Source: Felis catus (lineage: Eukaryota). Taken from it: DNA of 64,000 nt. Within the stretch, counting starts at the first letter, position 1, and each line of letters opens with the position of its first letter. Below the pieces are notes generated by a model, which saw only the letters and a program-made list of their open reading frames with translations, ran no database searches and had not been told where the DNA came from. Positions 1 through 12,500 of the stretch are shown piece by piece. The position numbers and the translations under genes are program-made. The DNA lies in contig NC_058383.1 in the NCBI RefSeq assembly GCF_018350175.1, forward strand, positions 9,054,001 through 9,118,000. Reading direction: 5' to 3'.

Positions 1-3000
1 ATTACAAACTAGAAAGTCACTTTCTGGAGGCTTAACCTGATTGTGAAGCGTTCCAAGTGCAGCGGCCGCCGGGTGGTGAGGCCACGCAGGCCGCCCCGGA
101 GCCTGCGTGGGCTTGCCCTATTTTCCTCTGAGCGGAGCCTCCCCCACAGGTACGCTGGGGCCCTTTCCAGAGCGGAACACGGTCTCCATTTCATACCTTG
201 ACCAGAAGTTTCAAAACTCCAGGTGTTTCTATTTTAGAAACTGCGAGGGCAGGACGTATCCTAGTGTCTTCTAGGAAAGCCTGCTGAGGCTAAAACCGCG
301 TGAGCCCGGGTGTCGGCGGCTGTTCCGTCTTGCGCTGATTGACTCATTATGCATGACGCTGCGGAGATCACGTGCGGTGTACATAACCCCCGTCCCGCGT
401 GTGGGTTTTTAAAACAGTTGCCCTGGAGTGAGCTGAATAAACAGGTAAAGCTATGAAGCCCCTGGCTCTCCCCTAGTGTCTGATGCATCCTGGAAGACTG
501 CTTCTCCTGAAGCCCCTCCTGCCTCTTCCTAATCGCTGGTCGCCGGCCATGTGTCTCCCCGGACCAGGGCGGCGGACTCTTCTGGAGTGGACAAGTGGGG
601 GGACCTGGACCCGGGCACGTTGCAAGGCTTCCTTCTGGCGGGGCCCCGGGAGAATGGGGCATCTCTGCTGCTTCCCTTCCTCAGCGGGCTCTCCCTTTCC
701 AGAAACACAGCAAGAGACGGCCTCAGGGCTAAGTGCTGAAGGGGTCGGTTTGAAGGTCCCCGGATCCCCCAGTTGAAAACGCTGGGGAGCCGCTGAAGCT
801 GTGGTCTCACGGCGGCTTTTCCATCCCAGGTACCTGTGGCTGCGGGGTCCAGCCAGCCAGGCAGCAGGAATCCCTCCCACAGCCCAGTGACACTCATGAG
901 GAAGCTCCCATTCTGTTTTGTAACTGTTTTCCACGGAGGCCTCCACCTAGGAAAAGATGTCTTGTATTATTTTTAACTTGCAGGCCCTTGAACCTAGCGG
1001 CTCCTAGGAATCAGGTGTGGAAAGCAACCAACACTGCTGTATGGACAGGTTCTGCCAGCCGAGGGGGGCCCTGCCGCTGCAGCTCGGGAGGATGACTTCC
1101 AAGGCCCCCCGGGTCTAAAGAAGCCTGTGTCCAGTGAGCCCACTCCATGGACCATTTCCTAGTGAGTGCGGCCAACCCATAGAAGGCTCATTGAAGTCTT
1201 GACTCATTGCCCCCAGTAGGTGGAGAGGTAGGGTCCACAGAGCCAGGTGTAGGGGCTCAGCGGGGTGAGTGGCACAGGACCGAGCCGGGATTCCTTGTTA
1301 GACCCTTTTAGAACCTGCTGAACCCGCTTTCCAACCCCGATGTCTCCAGCGCCCCCACGGTTACTGGGGACGGTACAAACAGGGATATCCATCTCAACAG
1401 GGATAACCCAGAGGATGCTTCCTGGACAGAGCTCAGCGTCTCCCAGCCCCCAGCTCCAAACAAGCAAATGGCCCTGAGCTTCCTTAACATCTTTCAAAAC
1501 AAGCCAGGCTGAGGAGTATCAGCTGAGCTCTCCCTGGCTTACTCTGGAAGACCGTGCAGGAAGCCACCCTCAGAGCGGATGCTTCCACAGGAATACAATC
1601 CCATAAGGCTCATCCCCTCCTGTCGCCTGAGATGGTCAGACCATTGCAACAGACACGACTGTCTGCACGACACACGTGTGGTGTTTTGAGAGCACGCTGG
1701 CTGCAGAAACGGCCACCTGAAATACAGGGTTACTACCCCTCAGGCAGTGGCTGAACCGCCCAACCTGGCCATCCCCAGCCCCATCCTAGTTGAGGGCGCA
1801 AGCAGTGGATGCTTAGGTGGACACACGGAATCTGATGGTCTTCATGGTGTAGTTTCAAGAACAAACCCGATGCAGGGTCACCGGTTTGAACGTGACACGA
1901 TGCACGTCCCGAGGTGGGCTCTGCGGACTGTGCGGACCAGGTGGACCTGAGGTGCGCTCGGTAGGGCTGGAGGAAGGGCCCACTGTCAGATGTCTGGCAA
2001 GCACTGGGTGATTCTGGGGGAAGTGGGCTGCTTTGCTTAGTGGCTCTCCCGGCCCTAACGGGCCTCTCCCCAGCAGGCCTGGGTGTGCAGTTTCCCAGAC
2101 GTACGTTTCCCGTGGAGCCCTTCATTGGCAGAACACCTTGCAGGCTCCGCGTACATGGTGCTCCAAGGCCCAGCCTGTCAGGGCAAAGGCCTCACAGGCC
2201 CCATGGGGTAGACCCCCCCCCCCCCCCCCCCAGCTTGCAAGCCTACTGCGTTGCTCACCAGCAGGCCTACATCTAAATGCCCAGTGTGGGGTCTGGGAGG
2301 GTCACGACCTTGGGAAGAAGCTATCCTCTACCCTCCTGCTCCAAGTGAGCTTAGGGAGCCACCCGCCCCGCAGCCGGGCTCATATAGCCACTGGAAACTC
2401 AGCAGCCTCTCCATGGGTCTCCAGATCAATGCCACTTCACAGTGTGTGGTGGCCAGTGACTCCCCCAACCTGACAGGTGATAGAAGGTTCTAGAATGAAG
2501 ACCAGTGCCTACCATGAACCTTTCTGGGCTACGATGGGGCCCTGGTTCCAAAGTTTGGCACTGAGCACGTGGCTAGCGAGTATATTTTGTCTCATGCAGA
2601 AGAGGGCTGGCTGAGCATCCAAGGTGAGCACCCCACAAAACACCAGCGCCAGGAAGCGAACTACACTGCGCCTTCCCCTACTTTTTAACAGCATGGGATG
2701 GGGAGGTGGGACCAGACTCTCCGGAGACTTCCCTCTCCTCATTGCATCGCCCACCTCCCTGGGATCAAGCATGACCTGGGCAGAGCCTGGCCCAGAGGCC
2801 ATCACCAGCTCTGAAGTCGGACATAACTTCAAATGTTCTGTCGATTCTGTTCTCCGACTCACTTCCCAAATGAAAGGACTGGAGAATGGGCTATCAGGGA
2901 ACTTCATTAAGAGCGAGGGATAAAGGAGAAAACGGTTGCAGGTGGTACCAACGTGTTTAAGCTCAAACGATCCCACTGCCCTCAAACTGTGACAAGCCAC

Positions 3001-3245
3001 ACAGGTGGCCGCGGTGCGGGTCAAAGAGGACTGACCCGAGGCGCATTCCCATCACAACCAGCTCCCGGGCAGGGCTCACGCTGTCGTGATGTCAGCGTGC
3101 TGAGCAGTCTTCTCTGAAAAGCTAATCGGCTGGGGAGAAAGCCCCTTGTGCTGGGCTTCCCGCCCTTCCGTCCTGGCAGGCAGTCAACTCTGGAGCCGGC
3201 GCCCTGGCCAGGCCCAGCGCCAGCTCCCGGCCCCAGGGAGGTGGC

Positions 3246-6200
3246 TCACATAGGTCTCCCTTGAAAGGAGAGAGAGATCCGCAGGAGTTCCTGCCCCAGT
3301 TCTTGCTGCCTCCCGCCGGGACGGAACTCGGCCGACAGCTCCCTGAAGGTGGCGCACACGCGGCGGGCCTCGATGTGTCTGCGGTGGATGGCGTGTTTCC
3401 ACTGGTGCCGCGCGGCACCCGTGAGCACGAGCAGAGAGCGGCGGGGCAAGGGGATGGCCACCTCCACCTCCTGGCACAGGACGGACCTGCTGGGAGCCAT
3501 CACACCCTCCACCAAGGCCTCCGGGAAGCCGGATGGGGCCAGACAGAGCAGCAGGCTGCCGGGCGCCTCCCGGGACATGGACAGCACGGTCGGGGACAGG
3601 AGGTTGAGGCTCACCAGCCGCTCCCCCCACAGCCAGGCGTCGTCCAGGTGGGGGTCGATGGCCGAGCCCCGCTCAGGGCAGTAGTCCAGGTTACACTGCT
3701 CCACGGGCCGGAAGTCCTCCAGGATGGGGTACAGGCCCATCCTCCGCACCACCTCCCGGCTGAAGCTGGGGAGGCCTCTGAAGCCAGCGGTCTTTAGCTT
3801 CTGTTTCCTAAAGTTGACTTTGGGGCCATAGTCCTGAAGGGGGCAGACAAAAAAGAAGCAGAGAAGCGTCTTGAGTTTATAGGAGTGGCTATCACAGGCC
3901 AGGGCTGAAGAATCCGATCGCGGTGACCAAGACAAGCAAAAAGTCCTGACTCCGTGGACCAGGACCTTGCTCTCCAGCAGCAGGGGGCCTGCACCAATGA
4001 CAAAGAGCCAACGCTCAGACGTTGGTACACGCTAAGGGGGAAAATAAAGCGGGAAAAGGACGTGATGTGCGCGGGGGGCGTCTTAGACTACATGCCCCCG
4101 AAAGCAGAGCTAAAGACAGAAGGCCCATATGCAGGTAGGGTGTTTTGGGACGGGAGACCAGGGGGTCGGGACGTGGGCAGAAGGAGCGGCGAGGGAGGGC
4201 GGGCTGGCCCGAGGCAGCCTCGTCAAGCTGATCGAAGCTGGGGATCCGAACCACGAGAGAAAAATTAGCACACAGCCCAGGAGTCAAACTCCCAGCTCCA
4301 CGCCAAGTCCCCAAAACACGGCCATGCAGACGCTTGCCACGTGGGCATTCAAAGCAGCACCAGGGCACAACGGCCAGAAAGCGGAAACAACCCAGTGTCC
4401 GCAATCGGACAAATGGATGAAGCAATGGTGGCAGAGCCACACGAGGGAGGAGCTGTTTGTCCAGCTGCAAACAGCGTAGCACCGACACAGGCCGACGTTA
4501 TGGTCAGTGAGAGGAGCCGACATAAAAGGCCACATGTGATACAATCCCATTTGCATGAAATATCCAGAACAGGCAAATCCAGAAAGAAAGTAGATTAGTG
4601 GTTGCCAGGGGACAGGGGAACGGGGAGTGACTGCTAATGGGTACAGGTTGCCTCTGGGGTGATGGGCACGTTCCAGAAGTAAGGCAGTGGAGATGGCTGT
4701 GTGACATTATGAATATACCAAAACAAACCGTACGTGTTAAATGGGCAGATTTTGCAGTGTGTGGGTTCTATCTAAAAAAAATAACCCCAAAACAAGTGTT
4801 AGGGAGGAAGCTTCTAGAATACACCTCAAACCTGTGGCCCAAGGGATGAGCATTTATCCACCGCCTCCTGGCCCCTGCAGTCCCCCTCTAGTGGAGGGGG
4901 GCAATGTCTGGTGGAAACATCTTTCTCCTGCCGGCTTTGGCACGAGTGAGTGGCTGGGTCCCCCAGGCGGTGGCAGGCTAGAAGGGAGGGCTTGACGCTG
5001 GAGCATCTCAGGAGTACCGAGCAGGCTGCTGTGGAGACATCTCAGGAGCACCAAGCAGCAGGGGAAGCCCAGGCTGGGGTGGAAGGCCTGGTGGATTTGT
5101 AGCAGAGCAGTGAGTCCATCTGAGGGGGCGTCAAGGGGGGTCACCTTCCTCTCCAGTGGAAAGTGACAGAAGAGGGGTAAGGGAAGCTCCTGTGGGAATC
5201 CCAGTGACAGATCTGGGGGCCGGGACCTAAGGGGGTGGCAGTGGTAGGGGTGCTGTGTTCTCAGATCCCGAGTTATGTTTGAAGGAAGAGAGCTGACGGG
5301 GATTACCAATGAGACGCAGCGAGGAATCTGGAAAGCTCCACGGTTGCCAGCCTGAGCAGATGGAAGCTGGAATTTGCCAAGGTGGGGACACTACAGGGGG
5401 GCACGGGGGTGGGGATGAAGACTCAAAGCTCAGTTCAGGTCTGACAAATAGGAGAAGCCGGCCAGAGACACGAACGTGGGAGTCGCAAACACACACTCGT
5501 GTCAGAGCCGTGACTCATGGAGCCTGGCGAGGGGGCGTCTGGAAGAGATGAGGCCCCAGGACTGAGCCTGAAAGTCGGCCGCAGGGTTTAGGGCGCAGAG
5601 GCCGGGATGGAAGTCCTGAGTACAATAAGCGGAACAGGAGGAGAGGAGCTGGAGACGGAATAAACAACTCTTCTGAGGAATCGGGCCGCAGAGGAGACAG
5701 CTAGAGCTTACTGGCAGTCTGGTGGAAAAGACCCAGTTGAGGCAAAACTAATGTCGGAGAGAGAGGGGAGCAACACCCGCCAGCATCTTCTGAGTCAGAG
5801 GGGGCTCGGCGGAGAGCCGGCGGGGGGGAAAGGGAAGGTTTGGAAGGAGAGCCGCAAAAGGGCCACCTTGGGGGAGGTTGGCATGACCTCCAGAGCAGGA
5901 CGGCCCAGCTCAGGGTTGGAGAGCCAGGGCTGGGAGGCGCCCAGCGAGAGGAGCCAGACTTGACGGGGGCTGTGGTTTAGCGGAAGGAGGATAGCGAGGG
6001 ACGAAAGGGCACAGGAGCAGCAGAGGAAGTGGTGTGATAACTGGCCAGGCACCGAAGTGGGGACGGAAAAGCCCACAGGAGGGGGAGGGAAGGAGAGAAG
6101 GCGGCCGATGGATGGCTCTCAGGTCCTGGCCGACAAGGCTGCAGAAAAGAGGGGCTGTCATTCCTGACAAAGAGGAGGCCCAGGACTCGGAGGCCCAAGT

Positions 6201-9064
6201 ATCTCGAAACGGATGGGGAGAGGACTTCGGTGGGAAGGCGAGCGGCAGCCTTCCAGAAACCCTCTGAGCTGGGCACCAGTCAGCCTTACGGCCTGCCTCA
6301 CCAAGTCTGGTGCGTCTGGGGAAGCGGAGCAGGCTGGGCCCTCCTCTGCCCCTCCCTCCGCCCCTCCCTCCAGCACACCCACGCCCCAGCTGCCGGAGCC
6401 CCAAGGTCAGAGGAGCTCGCCCCCTAGCGGCCCTGGTGAGGGGGTGTCACGGGTTGTGGCTGCCGAGAGAGGCGCTGGGAGGGAGGTGAGCAAGGCACGG
6501 GGCAAGGAGTGTGCAGGGGCCCAGCAGGGTGACTCCTCTCTGACCAGCCAGCCTGGCCCTCCTGGAGTCCCCGGCTCTGGGCCGTCCTACCTGCTTCCTC
6601 CGTCCAGACTGGGAGAGCTTCCAAGGCTCCCGGTCCATCAGCTGTACCATCTCAGCTTCTTCCTCCCGGGTCACGAAGTCCTCTATCAGCGTCACACCGG
6701 GGAACGGGAAGGCCCAGCCTTCAAAGTCAGACTCCTCAGCCCCCACGGCCCAGCCAGTGTCAGAGTAGTAAATGAAGCGGTGTGTTTTCTGCAAAAGAAA
6801 GACGAGGGACCTGGAGCCGCCGAAGCCCTTCCTCACACTGTGTGTGCACCTTCCGGAGGCCCCTTCTTAGGAGCGGCCCCTGCCGAGAGCTTCTCCCTCC
6901 CCTGGTGCCACTTTGGGAAGCAGCTGGAGTCCAGACTAGGCTGAGAGAGGCAGTGATGCAGAAGCCCTGCCTGGGGCCCTCTCCTTTGTCACATTCCTCA
7001 GCTGTAGGTGGGAAGAGCATCCATGTAACCATTTTCTGTTCTGTTTTAAAGATGGGGTGACCCATGACGAATGAAGTTAAGGAACCGGCTGAAGGCTGCA
7101 CAGCCCAAGGCTGCCCGCGAGTTCACACTGTTCTAGCGTCACTGTGGGGTGTCTCCTGCCCTCCCCAGTGTCTAAAGGAAAGGACCCCGGAGCTGTTCAG
7201 AGGGCGAGCACGTTGGACAGCTAGAGGGAGAGGTGGGGAGGACTCCGGGCCCAGCCCTCCTCTGTGGTTGCACAGGCACTGCCTCAATCTCCCTTCGAAG
7301 GAGAGAACTTGCCAGTCATCCTGGAGGAGTGCCCGGCTGACCCCCTCCTGCTGCAGTGCCTTCAGAATCTGCCCCAGGTTTCGGCCAGAGACCATCCGGG
7401 TCCCAGACAGCCCCCGGCCAGTGACTCAGCGCAGGTCTGGCTTTTCATACCCAACATGGGACTCCTCTACCAGTCAGTCTGCTCCGGAGCTCCCAGCTGG
7501 GTTGGCCATGACTCTGTCCCAGCGGTGTGGCAGCACGAAGCCCTGCCTGCCCAATTAATTCTGCTCCCTCCCCTTTTGCATTTCATGGCCTGTTGCTACC
7601 CACCCCATTGTCCTCTGTCTTCTAGCACTTCACACGGACATGTTACAATTAGGGAGCCATCCTGGACCTTCTGCTCATCCCACAGACATCAAGTTGAGCA
7701 GGTGCTACCCCACAGTGCCCTGTGTCTCCACACCCATGGTCACAGGCAAAGTTCAGACTTTTGGCACTTTTCACGCTTTAATTGCGGTAAGAAAAAAAAA
7801 GTATATATATGTACACACGCATATGTACATATATGTACACATGTAAGTATATACGTATATATATATACATATATGTATACATATAGATACATATGTGTGT
7901 ATGTGACTGACATTTCAGTCAGTATAATGACCTCAGGATTCATTCATGTTGTGTCAGAATGCCCTTCCCTTTTAAGGTGCATAATATTCTACTGTACATA
8001 TTGTGTCACATTTTGTTTATCCACTCATCCACTGATGGATGCTTACATTGCTTCCACTTTTTAGCTACTGGGAATGAGGCTGCTGTGAATGTGGGTGTAC
8101 AAATCTCTCTTCAAGTGTCTGCTTTCAATTCTTTCGGGTGTATACCCAGAATTGCTGGATCATACAGTAATTCTACTCTTAATTTACTGAGGAATCACCA
8201 TACTGTTTCCCACTGACCCTTCCAAGCTTTTGCCAGGGACACTGTGACAGTTTCTTCCTTGGCTTCCCAGGCTCCATACTTTCCTATCCTCCCCTCCCCC
8301 TCCCAGGATCTTTCTAAAACTCACGTATTAACTTCCTTTAAAACCCTCAGCAGCTCTCCATGGCCCTCAGGACAAATCCAGGCTATCCAGCAGCCACACA
8401 CAGAGCCCTCTGTGATCAGGCCCCACTGACCACCCCCCCCCACCAAGCATCACCCTCCTTCCAAACACACGCACCTACCCCAGGCCTTTATCTAAGCAGC
8501 TCCCCCAGTGGAAATGTCCTCGTCCACCTCAAAGGTTCTAAGTACTTTTTCATTAATTAACAGGAATTAATTTCCTCCTTGCCCACTTCTGCTCAACGGT
8601 TTCTAGGACCTTCGCCTTGCCTGGTTTTCGGCATCCTTTCCTCTTTCCGGTTCGTCTCCCCACTCCGTGAAGCTCCTGGCCCCACGGGGGTTACGTGGAG
8701 GTCCGCTGTCACACTACCCCCCACCCCCAGGGCTCAGAGGGGAGTTGCAGTCAGATGGCACCCACTCCAGCCCCTTCCCCAATCCAAACCCCCCTCAAAG
8801 CACTCATCTGATCCTGCAACGCCCCCACGGCGAGGGTCTCTGACACGGGTTGAACCGGGGCCCATCTTCGTAGCCAGTTTGGGCCTCAGTTTCCCTATCT
8901 GAAGAAGGGAGTTATGGCACGGCCCCTCCCCCAACCCTCACCTGCGGGGGGTGCTGCCAGGGCGGGTCACCTCCGCGCTGCCGCTCGCAGATCAGACAGG
9001 TCCGGATGCCCTTGCAGCCGCATTCCCGGAGGACTTCGGGGGCCGCCACCGCCGCAGCCGCCAT
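3246..9064 (-). CDS. ALKBH4: AlkB homolog 4, Fe(II)/2-oxoglutarate dioxygenase (302 aa, 3 coding exons)
   Basis: Exons 9064-8942 (MAAAAVAAPEVLRECGCKGIRTCLICERQ...), 6788-6591 (KTHRFIYYSDTGWAVG...SGRRKQ) and 3833-3246 (DYGPKVNF...SFQGRPM*). Both introns are GT-AG and phase 0. Total 909 nt = 302 aa + stop. Carries the HxD...H...R dioxygenase residues (PHLDD, WKHAIH, RRVCATFR) and the N-terminal Cys cluster typical of ALKBH4. Confidence 0.97.
4290..4785 (+). mobile_element. Old LINE-1 3' fragment (L1MB-like) in ALKBH4 intron 2
   Basis: Typical L1M 3'UTR text (GGCAAATCCAGAAAG...AGATTAGTGGTTGCCAGGGG...TAATGGGTACAGG) ending in an A-rich stretch. Subfamily judged by eye. Confidence 0.6.
7801..7902. 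repeat. Imperfect (TA/CA/TG)n microsatellite
   Basis: GTATATATATGTACACACGCATATGTACATATATG..., about 100 bp of alternating purine-pyrimidine. Confidence 0.85.
7910..8215 (-). mobile_element. Old LINE-1 fragment
   Basis: TTCATTCATGTTGT...TTTGTTTATCCACTCATCCACTGATGG...GCTGCTGTGAATGTGGGTGTACAAAT is the antisense of the L1 ORF2 end/3'UTR. Confidence 0.65.
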
Positions 9065-9560
9065 CGCCGCGTTCTGGAGGCCAAAGCGCAGGCGCGGGGC
9101 CGCGGGGGCCGCTGGGAGTCGTAGTCAGCCCGTGGGGCACGAGGTCCGCCGGGCCGCTTCCTTCCGGTCGTCGCCAGCGACGGGCTCGCGCGGCGCCGCC
9201 TCCAGAGCTCCGCCAGCCGCGGACGTTAACTTCGGTCTCCAGGAGGCACGGACTCGCCCGGACGCCGGTGCCGCCGGCCGGCCAGCGCGGGTCGCGTCTC
9301 CTCGCCATGGGCCCCCTCTCGGCGCGGCTGCTCATGCAGCGGGGGCGTCCCAAGAGCGACCGGCTGGGGAAAATCCGGAGCTTGGAGTAAGAGGCGGGCC
9401 GGAGGCGACGGGGGTCCGCCGGGCCGGGGGGTGGGGGGCGGGGCGGGGGACACACAGCCCGCCACCCGGGCCTGCGTCGCCCGCTGGGAGTGAAGAAAGT
9501 CTGCGACCCATGCCCACTCCCTCCCTGGCCCCGTTATCGCCTTGTCGGTTAGGCGGAGGC
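8950..9560. promoter_or_regulatory. Bidirectional CpG-island promoter shared by ALKBH4 and LRWD1
   Basis: Head-to-head ATGs at 9064(-) and 9307(+), with 242 bp between them. Very CpG-dense. Contains a ZNF143/THAP11-type motif ACTACGACTCCCAG (minus strand, 9112-9125) and an ETS core CTTCCGG (9161-9167). Confidence 0.85.
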
Positions 9561-12500
9561 TGATCACTCGGGCCAAACTCAGGGCTGCCGTTATGAGAGG
9601 GGCCGGCTGGGCCCTGAGTGGCCTTTTCCCTGAAGGGGGCCCGGGCTTAGGGGGAGACAGTCCTGCAGAAAGGGTATTGAGCAACCTGTTGAGCTAATTC
9701 CCGAGGCCCAGGGCAGCACAGAGGAGTTCCCATAGAGGATGAGGGAAAGCGTTCTGGAGGTGCCAGCTGTACTCAGTTGTAAAGTAGTTACTAGATTTTA
9801 AGAAGGAAAAGCTGTGCACGAAGGTGATCCTCTGCTGGAAAAGGCTTCGGAGGCACCCTGGACTGTCCTGGGGGGGGGGGGGGCTCCTCCCCTCCCCTCC
9901 CCTCAGCCCTCCCTGTCTGCCCCCACCCAGCTTGTCTGGCCTGAAGCTGCTCTCGGAGCACTTGGACCCCAAGCTCCTGAGCCGCTTGACGCAGCTGCAA
10001 GAGCTGGACCTTTCCAACAACCAGCTGGAGACGCTGCCCGCCAATCTGGGCCTGTCCCACCTGCGCATCCTCCGCTGCGCCAACAACCAGCTGGGAGACG
10101 TCACTGCCTTGTGTCAATTCCCGCAGCTTGAGGAGCTGAGCCTGGAAGGCAACCCCTTCCTGACTGTAAGTAAGGTACCCAGGTACCCCCCCCCCCCCCA
10201 CCACCTGCCCCGTACCCAGGGCCGGCACGCTTGGGCTGAGCCACAAGTGGACACTGAGCCACTCTCCCTCATCCCCCAGGTCAGTGACAACCTGAAAGTC
10301 TCCTTTCTCCTGCCCAAGCTCCGTAAGGTCAATGGCAAGGATGCTTCCTCCACTTCCTCTCAGGTGGAGAGCCTAAACCGGGAGCTGACCAGCAGGGTAA
10401 GGGAGCCAGCAGGCTTCTCTGGTGTTTGGAAACGCTTGGGGACCTTGAGGAATGAGCAACACTGGGGGGACCCCGAGTGAGGGTCACGGGAGTGCTCTGC
10501 CCTGATACTGAGTGGTCTTTATGTCCTAGCCTGACATGTTGCTCTGAGCCTGGCTGTGGTGCTTGGTCTCTCGTCCTGAGAGGTCTGGCTCTCCAGGTGT
10601 GGGGGCGGGGCCTGGCCAGGGAGGCTAAGACACTTTCAAGTAACCTTACTCTGGGCCAGCTTCTCCTTGGGGCTGTTGCTCACGTGTGGGTTGTTTAGGA
10701 CTGCGTATGCTGCAGCTAAGAAGGTGTGGTTCAGGGAGACTTCCAGGAGACAGTGAGGTGGAGACAATTGGGGCCAGAAGATTGGATGCAGAGGTTCCAC
10801 AGAGGGTCCAGGAGATCTGGGGTGGGCTGGGCTTGAATCTGGTCCCTCTGGTGGCAGGTCACCGCTCACTGGGAGAAGTTCATGGCCACACGGAGCCCAG
10901 AGGAGGAGGCAGAGAAGGCCCAGGCTGACTTTGTGAAGTCCGCAGTCAGGAACGTCCGCTATGGGCCTGAGTCCCTCAGCGAGTTCACCCAGTGGCGGGT
11001 ATGGCCTCACCCTGCTGTGTTGGGAGTTGGTTCTCCGAGATCCTCTATGGCTCCCATGCCTTCAGCTGCCCTGGAAGCCTCTGGCCATAAGGATTTATGG
11101 GAGAGTGGCATGGGTCAGGGAAGGCTGACTTAATGGTTGCATGGGAAGCACAGGCTGTTTGTCCCAGCAGTTGGGGAGGGGCTGGGGGCCCCTAGGACTG
11201 CATGTACCCAGCTTCCTGATGTCCCGGCCCCACATAGGTGCAGATGATTTCTGAGGCGCTGGTGGCCTCTGGTGGGACCCAGGTGCATGAGACCGGCATC
11301 CCGGAGAGGCCTTCAAAAGCCACAGCCGCCCAGGAGCCCAGGGTAGGTGTATCATGCAGCTCTCAAGGCTCTACAGGCCTGTCTTGGCCTTTCCCGCCTA
11401 GGGAGACTAGAGGAGGGAAGGGGAGGGGTCCTGGAAATGAGCCCAGGAGATGGCCTCTGATGCCTGGGCGAGTTCAAGCTGACCTTGGGGGCCAACTCTG
11501 GCTTTCTACACCCGTGGGAGAGTGATGCAGAGGAAGGAAGCCCTGGGCAGATGGGCCCATGGTCACCAGGCTCTTCTCAGCCCAGCCTTGACCCCCTCCA
11601 CAGGCCAGACCGATGGCCTTGAAACGGTCAGGTGACGTCTCACTCAGCTTGTCTCCCAGCAAGCGGGGATGCCCCTCCCCACCGGCCCACGTGGAGGGCA
11701 GCCCCATGGGCTCCGATGGCAGCCAGGTAAGCTCGCAGGGGCCAGGAAGCAGCTGGGCAGCTGGCAGGGAGAGGGCTGGGGCAGCTGTGAACCCCACCTC
11801 TGCCCCCACAGCCTGCCCTGGACCTGGAGCCCCTGCACTTTCTGCAATGTCACAGCAAGAACAACAGCCCTCGGGACCTGGAGACCCAGCTCTGGGCCTG
11901 CGCCTTCGAGCCGGCCTGGGAGGAGGGTACATCCTTGTGGGGCAGGCAGGGCCAGGGTGACAGCCAAGGGAACAAGCAGGAATAAGCTTTCTGGTCAGGG
12001 GGCCGCCTCGGTGGATGGGGGACCTGCGAGAGACAGCTCATGAAGTGTCGTCAAGGCCAGGAAGGAGCTGCTGGGGCACACCTCACAGGAAATGCTTTTA
12101 CTTAGGCTGACCCCTCACAACAGGGCAGGCAGGGGCCACATCACAGACCGTGGCCACGTGTGGCGGGGAGGCCGTGTGTGTGATAGACTGCCAGACGGGC
12201 ATCGTACTGCACAAGTACAAGGCGCCTGGCGAGGTGAGTGCCGGGGCCCTGCTCGTGCGGGACTGTGGGCAGAGTGCCGGGGTTGGGGGCCCAGGCTCGG
12301 CCACCCGCTCGCCAGGTGACTCTGTTCTGCCGGGCTTCAGTGCCGCAGGCCTGACCTTGCAGGCACCGTGCGCACGTAGCCCTGCCCCTTAGTGACGCCC
12401 TCTCCCTCCTCTCCCCCAGGAGTTCTTCTCGGTGGCCTGGACCGCCCTGACAGTGGTCACGCAGGCAGGCCACAAGAAGCGCTGGAGTGTGCTGGCGGCT

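Noticed and set aside
2212..2231. Long C/G homopolymers scattered through the window as possible G-quadruplex elements
   Set aside because: They are common in GC-rich carnivore DNA and their lengths are error-prone, with no specific evidence of function.
3834..3935. N-terminal extension of the 229-aa ORF (MSWSPRS...)
   Set aside because: It is intronic sequence upstream of the exon 3 acceptor at 3834-3835. The true start is at 9064.
7264..8064. 266-aa plus-strand ORF in ALKBH4 intron 1
   Set aside because: It runs through a (TA)n microsatellite and an L1 fragment, so it is a chance ORF.
8914..9684. Several overlapping 150-185 aa ORFs at the ALKBH4/LRWD1 promoter (and similar ones at 44993-45877)
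   Set aside because: Stop-poor CpG islands produce such ORFs. Only the exon 1 segments match known proteins.
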